Translations under genes and position numbers: made by a program
Shown here: positions 38,128-49,184 of the stretch, piece after piece
Layout of the letters: each line of letters begins with the position of its first letter
How positions within the stretch are numbered: the stretch's first letter is position 1
Source: Candidatus Parcubacteria bacterium
GTDB taxonomy: Bacteria; Patescibacteriota; Patescibacteriia; Patescibacteriales; UBA12075
Assembly: GCA_963814275.1 (NCBI GenBank)
Contig: CAWFCE010000002.1
Coordinates: 875,263-939,262, forward strand
Length of the DNA stretch: 64,000 nucleotides
Direction: 5' to 3'
The notes under the pieces: model-generated
The model's input: only the letters and a program-made list of their open reading frames with translations
Database searches by the model: none
What the model was told of the DNA's origin: nothing

Positions 38128-39564
38128 ATGAAGCGTTCGGAGCTTTATTTTTCATTCATCCTGGTGCCTCTCGATTTCCTGATGATCACCCTGGCGGGCA
38201 TATCGGCTTACTACATCCGGTATGCTGATTTTTTTGTGGCATTACGCCCGGTGGTATTCGATATGCCGTTCGGCTGGTATCTGCGGATCGTCCTGGCGGT
38301 GGCCGTACTTTGGCTTGTGATCTTCGCTTTGAGCGGTTTGTATACCATCCGTACCGCCCGGCGCCTGGTCAAGGAGATCTACCGTGTCATCCTGGCCTGC
38401 TCCACCGGCTTCATGCTTATCGTTATCGTCATATTCATCAGGCGGGAATTGTTCGATTCCCGTTTTATAGTACTGGCCGGCCTGATCCTGGCCGTTGTTT
38501 ATATATCGTTGGCCCGCATTGTTATCCGTTTTATCCAGCGCGCATTTTACCGCAGCGGCGTCGGGGTGCATAAGGTCGTATTGGTCGGCAACAGCAAAAC
38601 CACCGACAGCCTGCTGACGGAATTTTCCGCTTCGCCCCGGTCGGGATATGAGGTGGTAAAGCGGCTCAGGGATTTCAGTATGGAGACCCGGGAAGAACTT
38701 TTGGATTTCCTTAAGGCAAAGGAGGTAGACGAGATCATCCAAAGTGATCCGAATATCAGCAAAACGGAAACGCTCAGGATGTATGATTTTGCGGACGAAC
38801 ATCATCTGGTGTTCAAATATGCCGCCGATCTTTTGGGCACCAAGGTACTAAAGACCGAGGTCCAGGAGATTGCCGGCATACCGGTCGTCGAGGTGAAAAA
38901 AACCCCCTTGGACGGCTGGGGGCGCATCACCAAGCGTATATTCGATATTATCGTTTCTTCACTGCTCATTATCATACTTTCGCCGGTCTGGATATTGACC
39001 GCGATCGCGATCAAGCTTGATTCGCGCGGCAGCGTGTTCTATCTGGATTATCGCACCGGCCAATACGGCAAACGTTTCCTTTTTTACAAATTCCGTTCCA
39101 TGGTGGCCCATTTATGCGATGGCGAGGGTCCGAGCGCGACCCAGGAGGGGAATAAGGTCCTTATGGAATTGGCAGCCAAGAAAGACAAGAACACCCGCTT
39201 GAGCGACCCGTTGCACAAGATCAAGGATGATCCGCGCATTACCCGGGTGGGCCGGTTCATCCGGCGCTGGTCGATCGATGAACTGCCCCAGCTTATCAAT
39301 GTATTCAAAGGCGATATCAGCCTGGTCGGTCCGCGGCCCCATATGACGCTGGAGACCGCCAAATACGAAAGCCACCACAAAAAAGTCCTGACGATCAAGC
39401 CCGGCATATCCGGCCTGGCGCAAATTTCCGGACGGAGCGACCTGAGTTTCGAGGAAGAGGTCAAGCTTGATACCTATTATATCGAAAACTGGTCATTGGC
39501 CCTTGACCTTGCTATACTGGTAAGAACCCCGATCGCGGTCTTTAGGGGGAGAAAAGTGGAATAA
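38128..39564 (+). CDS. undecaprenyl-phosphate sugar phosphotransferase (WbaP/EpsB-type priming enzyme)
   Basis: Four N-terminal TMs. C-terminal bacterial sugar transferase domain KRIFDIIVSSLLIIILSPVW...DELPQLINVFKGDISLVGPRP. Confidence 0.9.
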   Translation: MKRSELYFSFILVPLDFLMITLAGISAYYIRYADFFVALRPVVFDMPFGWYLRIVLAVAVLWLVIFALSGLYTIRTARRLVKEIYRVILACSTGFMLIVIVIFIRRELFDSRFIVLAGLILAVVYISLARIVIRFIQRAFYRSGVGVHKVVLVGNSKTTDSLLTEFSASPRSGYEVVKRLRDFSMETREELLDFLKAKEVDEIIQSDPNISKTETLRMYDFADEHHLVFKYAADLLGTKVLKTEVQEIAGIPVVEVKKTPLDGWGRITKRIFDIIVSSLLIIILSPVWILTAIAIKLDSRGSVFYLDYRTGQYGKRFLFYKFRSMVAHLCDGEGPSATQEGNKVLMELAAKKDKNTRLSDPLHKIKDDPRITRVGRFIRRWSIDELPQLINVFKGDISLVGPRPHMTLETAKYESHHKKVLTIKPGISGLAQISGRSDLSFEEEVKLDTYYIENWSLALDLAILVRTPIAVFRGRKVE

Positions 39565-39576
39565 TTTTTAGTATTT

Positions 39577-39643
39577 AGTATTAAGTATTAAGTATAGCCT
39601 GCGATAATGGATACTTAATACAGAATACTTAATACTTAATACT
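39577..39643. repeat. perfect 19-nt inverted repeat hairpin
   Basis: agtattaagtattaagtat (39577-95) / atacttaatacttaatact (39625-43). Confidence 0.8.
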
Positions 39644-39652
39644 CATCATCAA

Positions 39653-40765
39653 ATGAGAGTTGCTTTGGTACACGACCATCTCGCCCAGGATGGGGGAGCG
39701 GAAAAAGTGCTGCGCATATTGGCGGAGCTTTTTCCTGATGCCCCGATCTATACCTTGCTGTACGAGAAAAAGCAGGTCGATAAATATTTCCGGGACAGGC
39801 GCATCGAGACCTCCATTATCCAGAAACTGCCCGGCGGCGTCAGCCACTACCAGTGGTATATGCCCTTCATGCCGATGGCAGTCGAGTTTTTTGATTTTTC
39901 GAGTTATGACCTGGTGGTATCCGACGCCAGCGCGTTCGCCAAGGGCGTGATCACGCCCACCGATTGCCTGCATATCTGCTATTGCCATACTCCGACCCGC
40001 TATGTCTGGGATTATACCCATCAGTATATCAATGAGCTCAAGTACAATAAATATTTCAAGAAGATCATCTCCCTGGTCCTGAATTATATCCGGATCTGGG
40101 ACCGGGCAGCGGCGGACCGGGTCGATGTGTTCATCGCCAATTCAAAAACCGTCCAGAAACGGATCGGCAAATATTACCGCCGCGATTCCGCGCTGCTCTA
40201 TCCGCCGGTGGCAATAGGCAATTTTTCCGTAGCTGACCGGATTGACGATTATTTCCTGATTGGCGGGCGCTTGGCGCCTTATAAGCGGGTCGATATAGTA
40301 ATTGAAGCCTTCAAGGAACTGGGCTGGAAGCTCAAGATATTCGGGGACGGGGTCGATTTGCCCCGCCTCAAAAAGATCGCCGGCGGGAGCGCCAATATCG
40401 AGTTTTTGGGCCGATTGAGTGATGAGGAGATCGCCGGCCTTTATCGCCATTGCCAGGCTTTTATCAATCCCCAGGAAGAGGATTTCGGCATTACCGTGAT
40501 CGAAGCGATGGCGTCCGGCCGTCCCGTTATCGCTTACGCGGAAGGCGGCGCGACCGAGACGGTGATCGAGGGCGTAACCGGGGCGTTTTTCCATGAGCAG
40601 ACGGCGCAAGCCCTTTTGCGCACGATCAAGAGTTTCGACGCCAGGCGCTACAGTCCGCAAAGGATCAGAAGCCATGCGGAGAAGTTTTCCAATGAAAGGT
40701 TCGCGCGCGACATTAAGCATTTTATCGAGGAGGAATATAATAAGTACGCGAATAGGGCAGTATGA
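39653..40765 (+). CDS. glycosyltransferase family 4
   Basis: PQEEDFGITVIEAMASGRPVIAYAEGGATETVIEGVTGAFF. Confidence 0.85.
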   Translation: MRVALVHDHLAQDGGAEKVLRILAELFPDAPIYTLLYEKKQVDKYFRDRRIETSIIQKLPGGVSHYQWYMPFMPMAVEFFDFSSYDLVVSDASAFAKGVITPTDCLHICYCHTPTRYVWDYTHQYINELKYNKYFKKIISLVLNYIRIWDRAAADRVDVFIANSKTVQKRIGKYYRRDSALLYPPVAIGNFSVADRIDDYFLIGGRLAPYKRVDIVIEAFKELGWKLKIFGDGVDLPRLKKIAGGSANIEFLGRLSDEEIAGLYRHCQAFINPQEEDFGITVIEAMASGRPVIAYAEGGATETVIEGVTGAFFHEQTAQALLRTIKSFDARRYSPQRIRSHAEKFSNERFARDIKHFIEEEYNKYANRAV

Positions 40766-41904
40766 GGATCGGCATCGATATCAGGACATTGATGGACGCG
40801 CAATACAGCGGCGTGTCCGAATATACATTCAAGCTTATCAAGGCGTTATTCAGGCTGGACCGCGTTAATGAGTATGTCTTGTTCTACAATTCCGGTCGCG
40901 ATCTGGCCGACAAAATGCCGGAATTCGACCAGCCGAACGTAACGACCGTCGCCCGCCATTATCCCAATAAAATATTCAACTATTTCCTGCAGAGGGCCTT
41001 AAAACGGCCCCGGATCGACCGCCTGCTCGGTGTCGATCTTTTTTTTATGCCGCATCTGAATTTCATTGCCCTTTCTCCGGGGGCGCAGAGCGTCCTGACC
41101 GTCCACGACTTGTCTTTTTTGCGCTTTCCGGCCTATTTTTCCCTACGGAAAAACATCTGGCATGCGGCTTTGGGCGCGCGTTCGCTCATCGGGCGATTCG
41201 AGCGGATCGTGGCGGTGAGCGAAAGCACCAAAGATGACATCGTTTCGCTTACCGGCGTCGATGCGGGGAAAATTACCGTCATTAGTTCGGGCGTATCGGA
41301 GGACTATAAGCCGTATGACCGGCCGCATCCGCTGCTCAAGGAAGTAAAAGAACGGTACAAACTGCCGGAAAAATTCATTCTCAGCCTGAGCACGCTGGAA
41401 CCGCGTAAAAATATCGAGAGCCTTGTCACGGCCTTTGACCGCGCGGCGGAAGCTTCACCGGCCCTCGCGGGCTGCCATCTTGTCATAGCCGGCGGGCGCG
41501 GCTGGAAATATGCGCCGATCGAACGCGCCGTAAATACCGCCCGCAACCGCGGGCGGATCAGGGTCATCGGTTATGTCGCTGAGCGGGACAAACCCGCTTT
41601 GTACAATCTGGCCAGCGTATTCGTATATCCTTCGTATTATGAGGGATTCGGTTTTCCGCCGCTCGAAGCCATGGCGTGCGGCATTCCCGCGGTGGTTTCG
41701 AATTCATCCAGTCTGCCGGAAGTAGCCGGTTCGGCCAGCTTGATGGTTGACGCCTTCAACAGCGGAGAAATCGCCCAGGCGATCGAAGCCATACTTGCCG
41801 ATGCCGGTCTGGCCGGACGCTTGCGGGCTGCCGGTCTGAAAGCAGCGGCCGGGTTCAGCTGGCAGAAGACGGCGCGGGCCTATCTTGACTTGTTTATGAA
41901 TTAG
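40762..41904 (+). CDS. glycosyltransferase family 4
   Basis: PSYYEGFGFPPLEAMACGIPAVVSNSSSLPEVAG. ATGA overlap with the upstream gene. Confidence 0.85.
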   Translation: MRIGIDIRTLMDAQYSGVSEYTFKLIKALFRLDRVNEYVLFYNSGRDLADKMPEFDQPNVTTVARHYPNKIFNYFLQRALKRPRIDRLLGVDLFFMPHLNFIALSPGAQSVLTVHDLSFLRFPAYFSLRKNIWHAALGARSLIGRFERIVAVSESTKDDIVSLTGVDAGKITVISSGVSEDYKPYDRPHPLLKEVKERYKLPEKFILSLSTLEPRKNIESLVTAFDRAAEASPALAGCHLVIAGGRGWKYAPIERAVNTARNRGRIRVIGYVAERDKPALYNLASVFVYPSYYEGFGFPPLEAMACGIPAVVSNSSSLPEVAGSASLMVDAFNSGEIAQAIEAILADAGLAGRLRAAGLKAAAGFSWQKTARAYLDLFMN

Positions 41905-42129
41905 ACTTTTTATGCGGTTTTTGATACTATTATATTATATTTTTTTATCCTGTGGATACGAATTAATTGACTTTGGCGAATTATTTAGTTCTAATAAAAT
42001 TTTAAATATTTAAAATCAATTAATTTAGCTGACAGTATACAACAAACAACAGCCAACTATTGATTTTGTATGTTATTTCCTTTGTTTAGTGTGCATTGTT
42101 TGCTAAAAATCTTAATTTAATAAAACATT

Positions 42130-44595
42130 ATGCCAGAATCAAAACCAACTGCCAAAAACAACGGTTTGGCGAGCAACGTGGTAAAAAAATCCACGGGAGG
42201 ATTGGATATTATCATTGCCGGCGCTATCATGCTGGTATTTTTCCTGTGTCCGATATTCTTTACCGGCCTGGTGGCGCAGGGGATCGGTTTCGAGAAAATG
42301 ATCCTATTTTATTTCCTGGTCCTTCTGGGCGTGGTTGCCTGGGTGACCAAGGGAGTTATCCAGGGCGAGCTGAGCCTGAAGCGGACGCCCCTGGATATAC
42401 CGATCTTGGCGACACTGGTAATTTTCGCCGTTTCCACTATCCTGTCGGTAAGCGCCAAGGACTCGCTTATCGGAGCCTACGGCAGTTCGGCCAAGAGTTT
42501 TGCCGCCTTGTTCGTGTTCGCCCTCTTCTATTATCTGGTGGTGAACAATCTGAACGCCAAACGCATCAGGAATATATTCTGGTCTTTCGCCGCAGGCGGC
42601 GGATTGGTCATACTATTGTCTTTTCTCCAGCTGATGCAGTGGAACCCCCTGCCTTTTGACCTGTTGAATTCGCGGAGCTTCAATCCGATCGGATCGCTAT
42701 CCGGTCTGACTATGTTCATAATCGCTATTTTGCCGCTTTTGGTCGTGGGCGCGACCCAGATGGGCGAGATCTTACCCCAGTCGAAAAAGGTTACCGTAAT
42801 TGTCATGAAGTCTGTTTTGGGGCTGGTGATCGCCGTCGGTCTGGCGGTACTGATGCTTCTGAACGGCTTCACTTTCTGGCCGGTTGGTATTGTCGGCATC
42901 GTTATCGTGCTGATGTTTTTCCTGGCCAAGATCATCAAAGTATCCAGTAATAACCTGATCATACCTTTGGGGGTGTTCCTGGCCCTGATCATTCTTCTGG
43001 TATTGGGAAATTTCAACATCATCGACCTGAAGTTGCCGGCCGAAGTATCGCTTTCGCGCCAGGCATCATGGGATATCGCCAAATCGGCTATCAGGGAGAA
43101 TCCGCTTTTCGGTTCCGGCCCCTCGACCTTTTATTATGATTTTTCGAAATTCAAGTCAGCCAATTTCAATAATTCAGTCCTCTGGAATGTCCGTTTCGAC
43201 AGCGCCTCCGGCTCGATCTACGAGCTTCTGGCTACGACCGGGGTGCTGGGCGTAGTTGCGGCGCTGGTCGTCGGCCTGATTGTCTTGTCGGTATCGTTCC
43301 TGACGCTGATCAAGGGCAGTGATAAGCGGATCAATTCTATCCTTCTGGGGCTGTTTGCCAGCCTTATTTCCGTTTTGCTGTTTTCCGTGTTATTTGCCTT
43401 CAACAATACCATGATCCTGATGACCATACTGATCGCGGTATTTTCGGTCTCTTCCAGCCTGGTGATGTATCCGGAGCGTTTCAGCGACCTGAAGCTTTCG
43501 TTCCGGGCCTCGCCGAAGTATGCCCTGGCCCTGTCCGCCATATTCCTGTGCGTGAGCGCGGGAGTGGTGGTGCTCTTCACGATGGGCCTGAAGCTCTATC
43601 TGGCCGATATCTACGCCCGCCAGGCCCTGGCAGCGGGCAGCCAGGAGGCGAGGATCGCGAAATACCAGCAGGCGGTGCAGCTGGCGCCTTACCAGGATGC
43701 CTATTACATCAGCCTGGCCAACAATTATATGGCCATGGCCAACCAGGCCGCTTTGGCCGGCAAGAGCCAGACGGATGTGGGCACGAACCTGAGCCAGGCG
43801 ATCGAAGGCGGCAAGAAGGCGGTCGAGATCGCCCCGAACAAAGCCGCCAACGATGAATCGCTGGCCCTGATCTACGAAAACGCGTCTTTCTATACCCGGG
43901 GAGCGCTGGAATGGGCGGAACAGCTCTACAACCAGGTACGGGAGCTGGACCCGAAGAATCCGACTCCGGACCTGCGCATTGCCCTGGTCAATATGGCCCG
44001 CTCGAACGCCGAGACCGATCCGGAAGAGAAGAAGTACTATATCAATGAAGCGGTCAAGAAATACGACGACGCGATCGCCAAAAAAGGCGATCTGGCCGCG
44101 GCCTATTACGGCAAGGCGATCGCCCAGGAGAAACTGGGCAATCTGGATGACGCGATCGAACAATTGAAGCGCGCCAGCCTGGTCGCCAGCAACAACCTCG
44201 ATTACCGCTTCGAACTGGGCCGCATGTATTTCAACCGCGGCGTGACCCAGCCCCAGATCGAACAGGACGCGTTCCAGGAGATCTCGGAGCAGGATCTGAC
44301 CCCGGAGATGAGCCCGGCGTCCTCGACCAAGCCGACCAATCTGAGCGTCAATCCGCAGCAGCCGACCGGCAGCGTGGTCAGCACCAATGACGACCTTAAG
44401 GCGGCGGAACAGCTTTTCCTCTCGATCGTGGCGGCCAACCCGAACCACGCCAATGCCCTCTATTCGCTGGCCGTCCTCTATCAGAAGACCGGCGAGACGG
44501 AGAATGCCAAGGCGGCGGTCAATAAGCTGTTGACGGTGATCAAGGATGAAAAGACGCAGAATGCGGTCCGCGACCAGTTCAAGGATATTCTCTAA
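42130..44595 (+). CDS. polytopic membrane protein (O-antigen ligase/polymerase-like) fused to C-terminal TPR repeats
   Basis: About 12 TMs over aa 1-480, with NPLFGSGPSTFYYDF. C-terminus has TPR-like units (AAYYGKAIAQEKLGNLDDAIEQLKRA; ANALYSLAVLYQKTGETENAKAAVNKLL). Confidence 0.6.
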   Translation: MPESKPTAKNNGLASNVVKKSTGGLDIIIAGAIMLVFFLCPIFFTGLVAQGIGFEKMILFYFLVLLGVVAWVTKGVIQGELSLKRTPLDIPILATLVIFAVSTILSVSAKDSLIGAYGSSAKSFAALFVFALFYYLVVNNLNAKRIRNIFWSFAAGGGLVILLSFLQLMQWNPLPFDLLNSRSFNPIGSLSGLTMFIIAILPLLVVGATQMGEILPQSKKVTVIVMKSVLGLVIAVGLAVLMLLNGFTFWPVGIVGIVIVLMFFLAKIIKVSSNNLIIPLGVFLALIILLVLGNFNIIDLKLPAEVSLSRQASWDIAKSAIRENPLFGSGPSTFYYDFSKFKSANFNNSVLWNVRFDSASGSIYELLATTGVLGVVAALVVGLIVLSVSFLTLIKGSDKRINSILLGLFASLISVLLFSVLFAFNNTMILMTILIAVFSVSSSLVMYPERFSDLKLSFRASPKYALALSAIFLCVSAGVVVLFTMGLKLYLADIYARQALAAGSQEARIAKYQQAVQLAPYQDAYYISLANNYMAMANQAALAGKSQTDVGTNLSQAIEGGKKAVEIAPNKAANDESLALIYENASFYTRGALEWAEQLYNQVRELDPKNPTPDLRIALVNMARSNAETDPEEKKYYINEAVKKYDDAIAKKGDLAAAYYGKAIAQEKLGNLDDAIEQLKRASLVASNNLDYRFELGRMYFNRGVTQPQIEQDAFQEISEQDLTPEMSPASSTKPTNLSVNPQQPTGSVVSTNDDLKAAEQLFLSIVAANPNHANALYSLAVLYQKTGETENAKAAVNKLLTVIKDEKTQNAVRDQFKDIL

Positions 44596-44620
44596 ATCAG
44601 ACCACAATCTAAAATATAAA

Positions 44621-44654
44621 CTCCTCTTTCCGCACGGAAAGGGGAGTTTTTTTT
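44621..44654 (+). terminator. rho-independent terminator
   Basis: ctcctctttccg-ca-cggaaaggggag followed by T8. Confidence 0.85.
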
Positions 44655-44866
44655 GCTCAGATAACCAGTAAAAAGACAAATTTGCTCTTTAAAACTGCAC
44701 GGAAAAGTGCAAATCCGGTACATTAATTGTTGATAAAATGTACATAATATGGTGTTTTTAGTGGATTACCATCAAAAGATTAAAATAATTTAATCTCTTT
44801 TTACGCTATTTTTATACTATTAATTTAATTAGCCAATATTAAATAAAATAAACTTGATTTATTCGA

Positions 44867-44895
44867 TTGACAGGAGGTGTTTATATTGCTAAAGT
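44867..44895 (+). promoter_or_regulatory. promoter candidate of an ORF-less unit
   Basis: TTGACA (44867-72) - 17 nt - TAAAGT (44890-95). Confidence 0.35.
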
Positions 44896-45032
44896 TATTA
44901 AATAATTTGGAGGCAGGTTAAGGAGGGGTGAAGAGGTTATTACAATTCTTTTATTTCAATCCATGCCGAATAAACGCATTGCATCCCTTCCCCCGACAAT
45001 TTATTCTAATATAAGCGTTTATATAAATGGTT

Positions 45033-45061
45033 AAACCGGCGTTTTTGACGCTGGTTTTTTT
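45033..45061 (+). terminator. rho-independent terminator closing the ORF-less unit
   Basis: aaaccggcg-tttttga-cgctggttt stem running into T7. Confidence 0.6.
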
Positions 45062-45224
45062 GTTATAAGCGAATTCCCGATAATTAAGATTAAGAAAATT
45101 TAATATAATAACTGTTTATTAACTCAGGCGTTGCCCCTGTCCGGTAACTGGCCCTTAGTAGGGAAGGGTAAAGGTCGGCTCCCTGTTGGCCAATTACCAC
45201 GGCGTAACGCTAAAAGAAAACATT

Positions 45225-46405
45225 ATGAAAAAGAAAGTCTTATTAACCCTCGTCGCCGTGGCCGCAGTCGCTATCGGCGTCGTCGGAATGAGCGCCTTCG
45301 AAGCGCATGTCATCAACGTGACAGCAAAGATCGAAAACGCCCTCAGCGTCACCCCTGACGAAATTGAGTTTGGTACCGTATTCCCACAAGAGCAGCTAGA
45401 TCGCGAAGTTCTCGATTGCGATGAGTGAGTCTTTTGTTGAGGAAGGAAGAACTGACGATATTGACTACGTAATAAAGCAAAAGCCGAAATGTGCGCTATT
45501 CGAGGATAACGTCATTACTGTCTACGGCCGTGTAGTTGAAGATGAGCAAGGAGTATTTAGTTGTGCGGACGAAGGTTACACTATGCTCCCCGCTTCTTTG
45601 CCCCTACCTTTCCAAACATGATGCCGATCCAGATGATCAGAATGATGGTTCTCTTGATGCGTTTCACGGACCAACTTCCGTGGGCGAAAATGGTTGGACC
45701 AACGAAACTACCAATTTTTATGCAGTTCCTGGTCGTTTAGCAAAATCACAAAACGACACGACTGACCTTTGGAATATTGACTTAAAAGTTCCTTGTTTCG
45801 ACGGTATGTGCGATCAGGGTTGGGCGGATTATGTAAGGGGCATAAATCCTGACGCTGACCCAGCCTCCTATGTACAGCCAACAGATATGGAACATCAAGT
45901 TTTTGGTTGCGATCTTTGGATAGAAGTAACCGATGTTAGTCGTTTTGAATTACCAGATACTCAAGTTGAAACAGCTTCGATAGCATTAGAGAATAAAGAT
46001 GAAAATGATAGCTGGATGGTTGCGCAAGACGATTATAGAGCAACTTTAGTTTATACACCAGTTAATAATGTGTTTGATTACACATTGACTGGCAAGGTAA
46101 TGCAACCAAACGAAGAATACTGCTTCATTTATTATGCAGATGGTTGGCCGGGTAATCACCCTGGTTATCTTTTTGGTACTCAGATGTCTGATAGTCTTGG
46201 CAATATAAACATGTCTGGTAGTCCTGATCCTGGATTGGATTTACCGGATCCCGCTGACACCAATTTTGCAAGCGGAGGAGCCAAAATATGGTTAGTACCG
46301 TGTTCTGATTACAACCAGGGGTCGTATTCCATGATAGACTGGAATCCAACTCAGTATTTGTACGAGTACAATACAATCTCTTTTGATGATACTGATGTAA
46401 ATTAA
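45225..46405 (+). pseudogene. SipW-locus paralog A (shared N-domain); two +1 frame breaks
   Basis: Three overlapping ORFs (45186.., 45421.., 45536..) align colinearly with intact paralog B. MKKKVLLTLVAVAAVAIGVVGMSAFEAHVINVTAKIEN... / ...IDYVIKQKPKC... / ...LLCPYLSKHDADPDD...DLWNIDLKVPCFDGMCDQGW...GCDLWIEV. Breaks near 45408 and in the C4 run at 45588-91. Confidence 0.65.
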
Positions 46406-46631
46406 TCCTTCCTGCATTCCTCCTCCGGTGGTTATAACCGGAGGAGGGGAGATGAACGATTAATTTGAGGCTGTCATTCTGGAGACCGCAGGCCGGTAGA
46501 ATCCCGGGCCATTGGCTACAGTTCGGGGGTAACCGATAAATTTTATCACACGCGTCGGGATCCTGTCGCCGCTTTGGCCCTGGGGACCGCATATAATAAT
46601 ATTTAAACAATGATAAATAGTAATTGCCTTT

Positions 46632-49135
46632 ATGAAGAAAAAAATCTTACTAAGCCTTAGCGCCTTCCTGGCCGTCATCATCGGCGTAGTCGGAATGAGC
46701 GCTTATGAGGCGCATGTGATCAACGTGACCGCCACGATCGAAAGCGCGATGGTCGTCGATACCACGGCGATCGATTTCGGCACCGTCTTTCCCCAGGAAG
46801 CGATCGACGAAACTTTCGATGTCACCCTGAGCCAGTCATTCCAGAATCAGGACCGGGTCGGTGATGTGTCGTATGTCGTGCGGCAAAAGCCGAAATGCTG
46901 GAGCGAAAGCACACAGCAATACGGCCTGGTAAGCGAGGATGAGGACGGCGTATATTATTGTGCCGATGGCGGCGATTACGAAATCCTGCCCATCCTGTGC
47001 CCGTATTTGTCCAAACACGAAATTACCGCTGACGGTGACGAAGAGAATGACAGTGCCGGCATCGCGGCCTTCCATGGCCCGATCACGCCCTGGAGCCTGC
47101 AGGATACGATCGATACGCAAGTGGCCGGTTATCTCTACAATCCGGACGATATATCCGATACCTGGCAGATCGATTTCCGCGCGCCCTGCTTCGAGGGTTA
47201 TTGCGCCCAAGACTGGGAAGAGTTCGTCCGCGAAAACAACCCGGAAGCTGACCCGGCCGGCTATATCCTGCCGCTTGACCAGCAAGACGCGCTGATGGGC
47301 TGCGATCTCTGGGTAGAAGTCGACTACATCGGCGCGGATGGCGAAGAGGGCACAAAGAACAGCGAAGATACGGTCTGTCAGGATGACGATGCGGATAGTT
47401 ATTCTATCCAGGGCGGGGACTGCGGTCTGATCGACTGTGACGACACGAACGCCGGTATCAATCCGGGCGAAGAGGAAATTTGCGGCAACGGCATTGACGA
47501 TAATTGCGACGGTCAGGCGGACGAGGATTGTAAGGTAGTGTGCGAACCGGAGTGCAGCGGGAAAATATGCGGTGATGACGGCTGTGGCGGCATCTGCGGC
47601 ACCTGCTTCACCGGCGAATATTGCGATGACAGTTTCACTTGCGCAAACGCCGATGTCGATGAGGACAATTACGAGGCGCTGATTGCGGGCGGTGATGATT
47701 GCAATGACAGCAATGCTGACATAAATCCCGGTATGGACGAAGTATGCGACGATCAGATCGACAACGACTGCGACGGTGATGTTGACTGCGCTGACAGCGA
47801 ATGCTCAAGCGAGCCGGCATGTGTATATAATACAGTTATGCTTCTTGAAGACAAAGATGCAAATTGGGACCCGATAATAAACGGTCGTTATGGCAACTTA
47901 TATTATAATAATGCTGGTCCAACTTTCGATTGGTATTTAGATATTAAAGGTATGAATGCAAACTCGCTATACAAATTAGTCTATGCTCCAGATCCTTGGC
48001 CGCAAGGATTGCCTGTTAATGGCCCATATACCGTAAAAACATCTATTACTTCATTTACAACCGATAATAATGGCGATTATTCGAATTCCGGTATCACTGA
48101 CTTGGGTTATGACATTCCGCATCCAGATGATGCTTTATATCCTGATTGGTCTAAAATTTGGGAATACCCGCGGGACTCCATGATGATTATAAAGCTACAG
48201 GTTTTGACCGAATATCAATGTTATTTGAAACTGAAATGGTAAATTATGACTATACTGGAAATAACGCTCCTATTTGTACAGACGTTGATTCTGATGGATA
48301 CGGCAGTGGGACGGATCGAGAAGATTGCACTTATACTGAGGAAGATTGTGATGATAGTGACAATAGTATCAATCCTAGCGCGAGCGAGGTTTGTGATGAT
48401 GGAATTGATAACGATTGCAACGGCGATGCGGATTGCGCTGACAGCGCCTGTGTAGCTGAGCCAGCTTGTGCGGTGACCATAACATTTAACGACCTGGGAG
48501 CTGTAACACAATACGGTTACACCCATAATTATGGTGGTGCGGCAGCTAGTTTTACTTACAACACGCCTTCCGACGACAAGATCTCCGGTACATTTACTGC
48601 AACCGGTTTGAAACCTTATGAGACTTATCAATTGAAATTTGAAGGCAAGCCAGTGTGCGCCGGCGGTTCGGACGACCTAGGTAACGAATATATCGGATAT
48701 TTGGGACGCTGGTGGAATAATACAGTGCCAACAGGTAATGTTGATGATTCTTATTACGAGAACAATTCGGTATACCATAGTGGAACTAAATGCATAGTCG
48801 GATATTTAGTATGGGGATATGTCACAGCTGACGCAAGTGGTAATGTAACAAAAGCAGTTTCTGCCGATTCCAGCTACCATGTACTTTGGTGCTCCGGTGG
48901 TACTTGCGGATCAAGCAATAATTTACAGCTGAACGCGGCAGACGGGAGTATATATCCATATTGCTATGCCGCAGATGTGAACGGGCAAATCGAAAGAGGA
49001 ACGTGCGGCAGCTTGTCTTTCTCCCCCGGCGTTTATGATCTTAAAATGATATTGAACGAAGAATCATTCCATCAAAACACATACGGTGTATGGACAGCAG
49101 TTATGGATTCGGATATCAACTTTAGCATCTACTAA
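46632..49135 (+). CDS. SipW-locus paralog B: shared N-domain + MopE-like Cys-rich metal-binding-type repeats; one -1 frame break at ~48160
   Basis: MKKKILLSLSAFLAVIIGVVGMSAYEAHVINVTATIES. Repeats of the type DCDDTNAGINPGEEEICGNGIDDNCDGQADEDC. ORFs 46632..48242 and 48158..49135 rejoin (..SKIW|GIPAG..) with homology to A (..AKIWLVP..) across the break. Confidence 0.65.
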
Positions 49136-49184
49136 AATATAGATTATAATATAGATTAAAAATTTTGCAGGAGGAGCAATCAAT

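Noticed and set aside
43390-44679. 429-aa minus ORF, and similar long antisense ORFs at 59660..60754, 63148..63990, 56926..57609, 23625..24464, 40142..40720 and 52419..53030
   Set aside because: All are antisense to genes with clear family motifs (TPR, NodB, DUF11, GT2, PBP, GT4). Their Arg/Gly-rich composition is typical of antisense frames of GC-rich coding DNA.
45131-45358. 75-aa Arg-rich ORF overlapping the start of paralog A
   Set aside because: It is out of frame with the clearly homologous signal-peptide ORF, has extreme Arg/Lys composition, and overlaps a structured leader.
48150-48165. Programmed -1 ribosomal frameshift at aaaatttggg in paralog B
   Set aside because: In the zero frame (tct aaa att tgg) the sequence does not form an X XXY YYZ heptamer, and I saw no downstream pseudoknot. 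The other seven breaks lack slippery sites and go in both directions (+1 and -1). Indel or assembly explanations are favoured.
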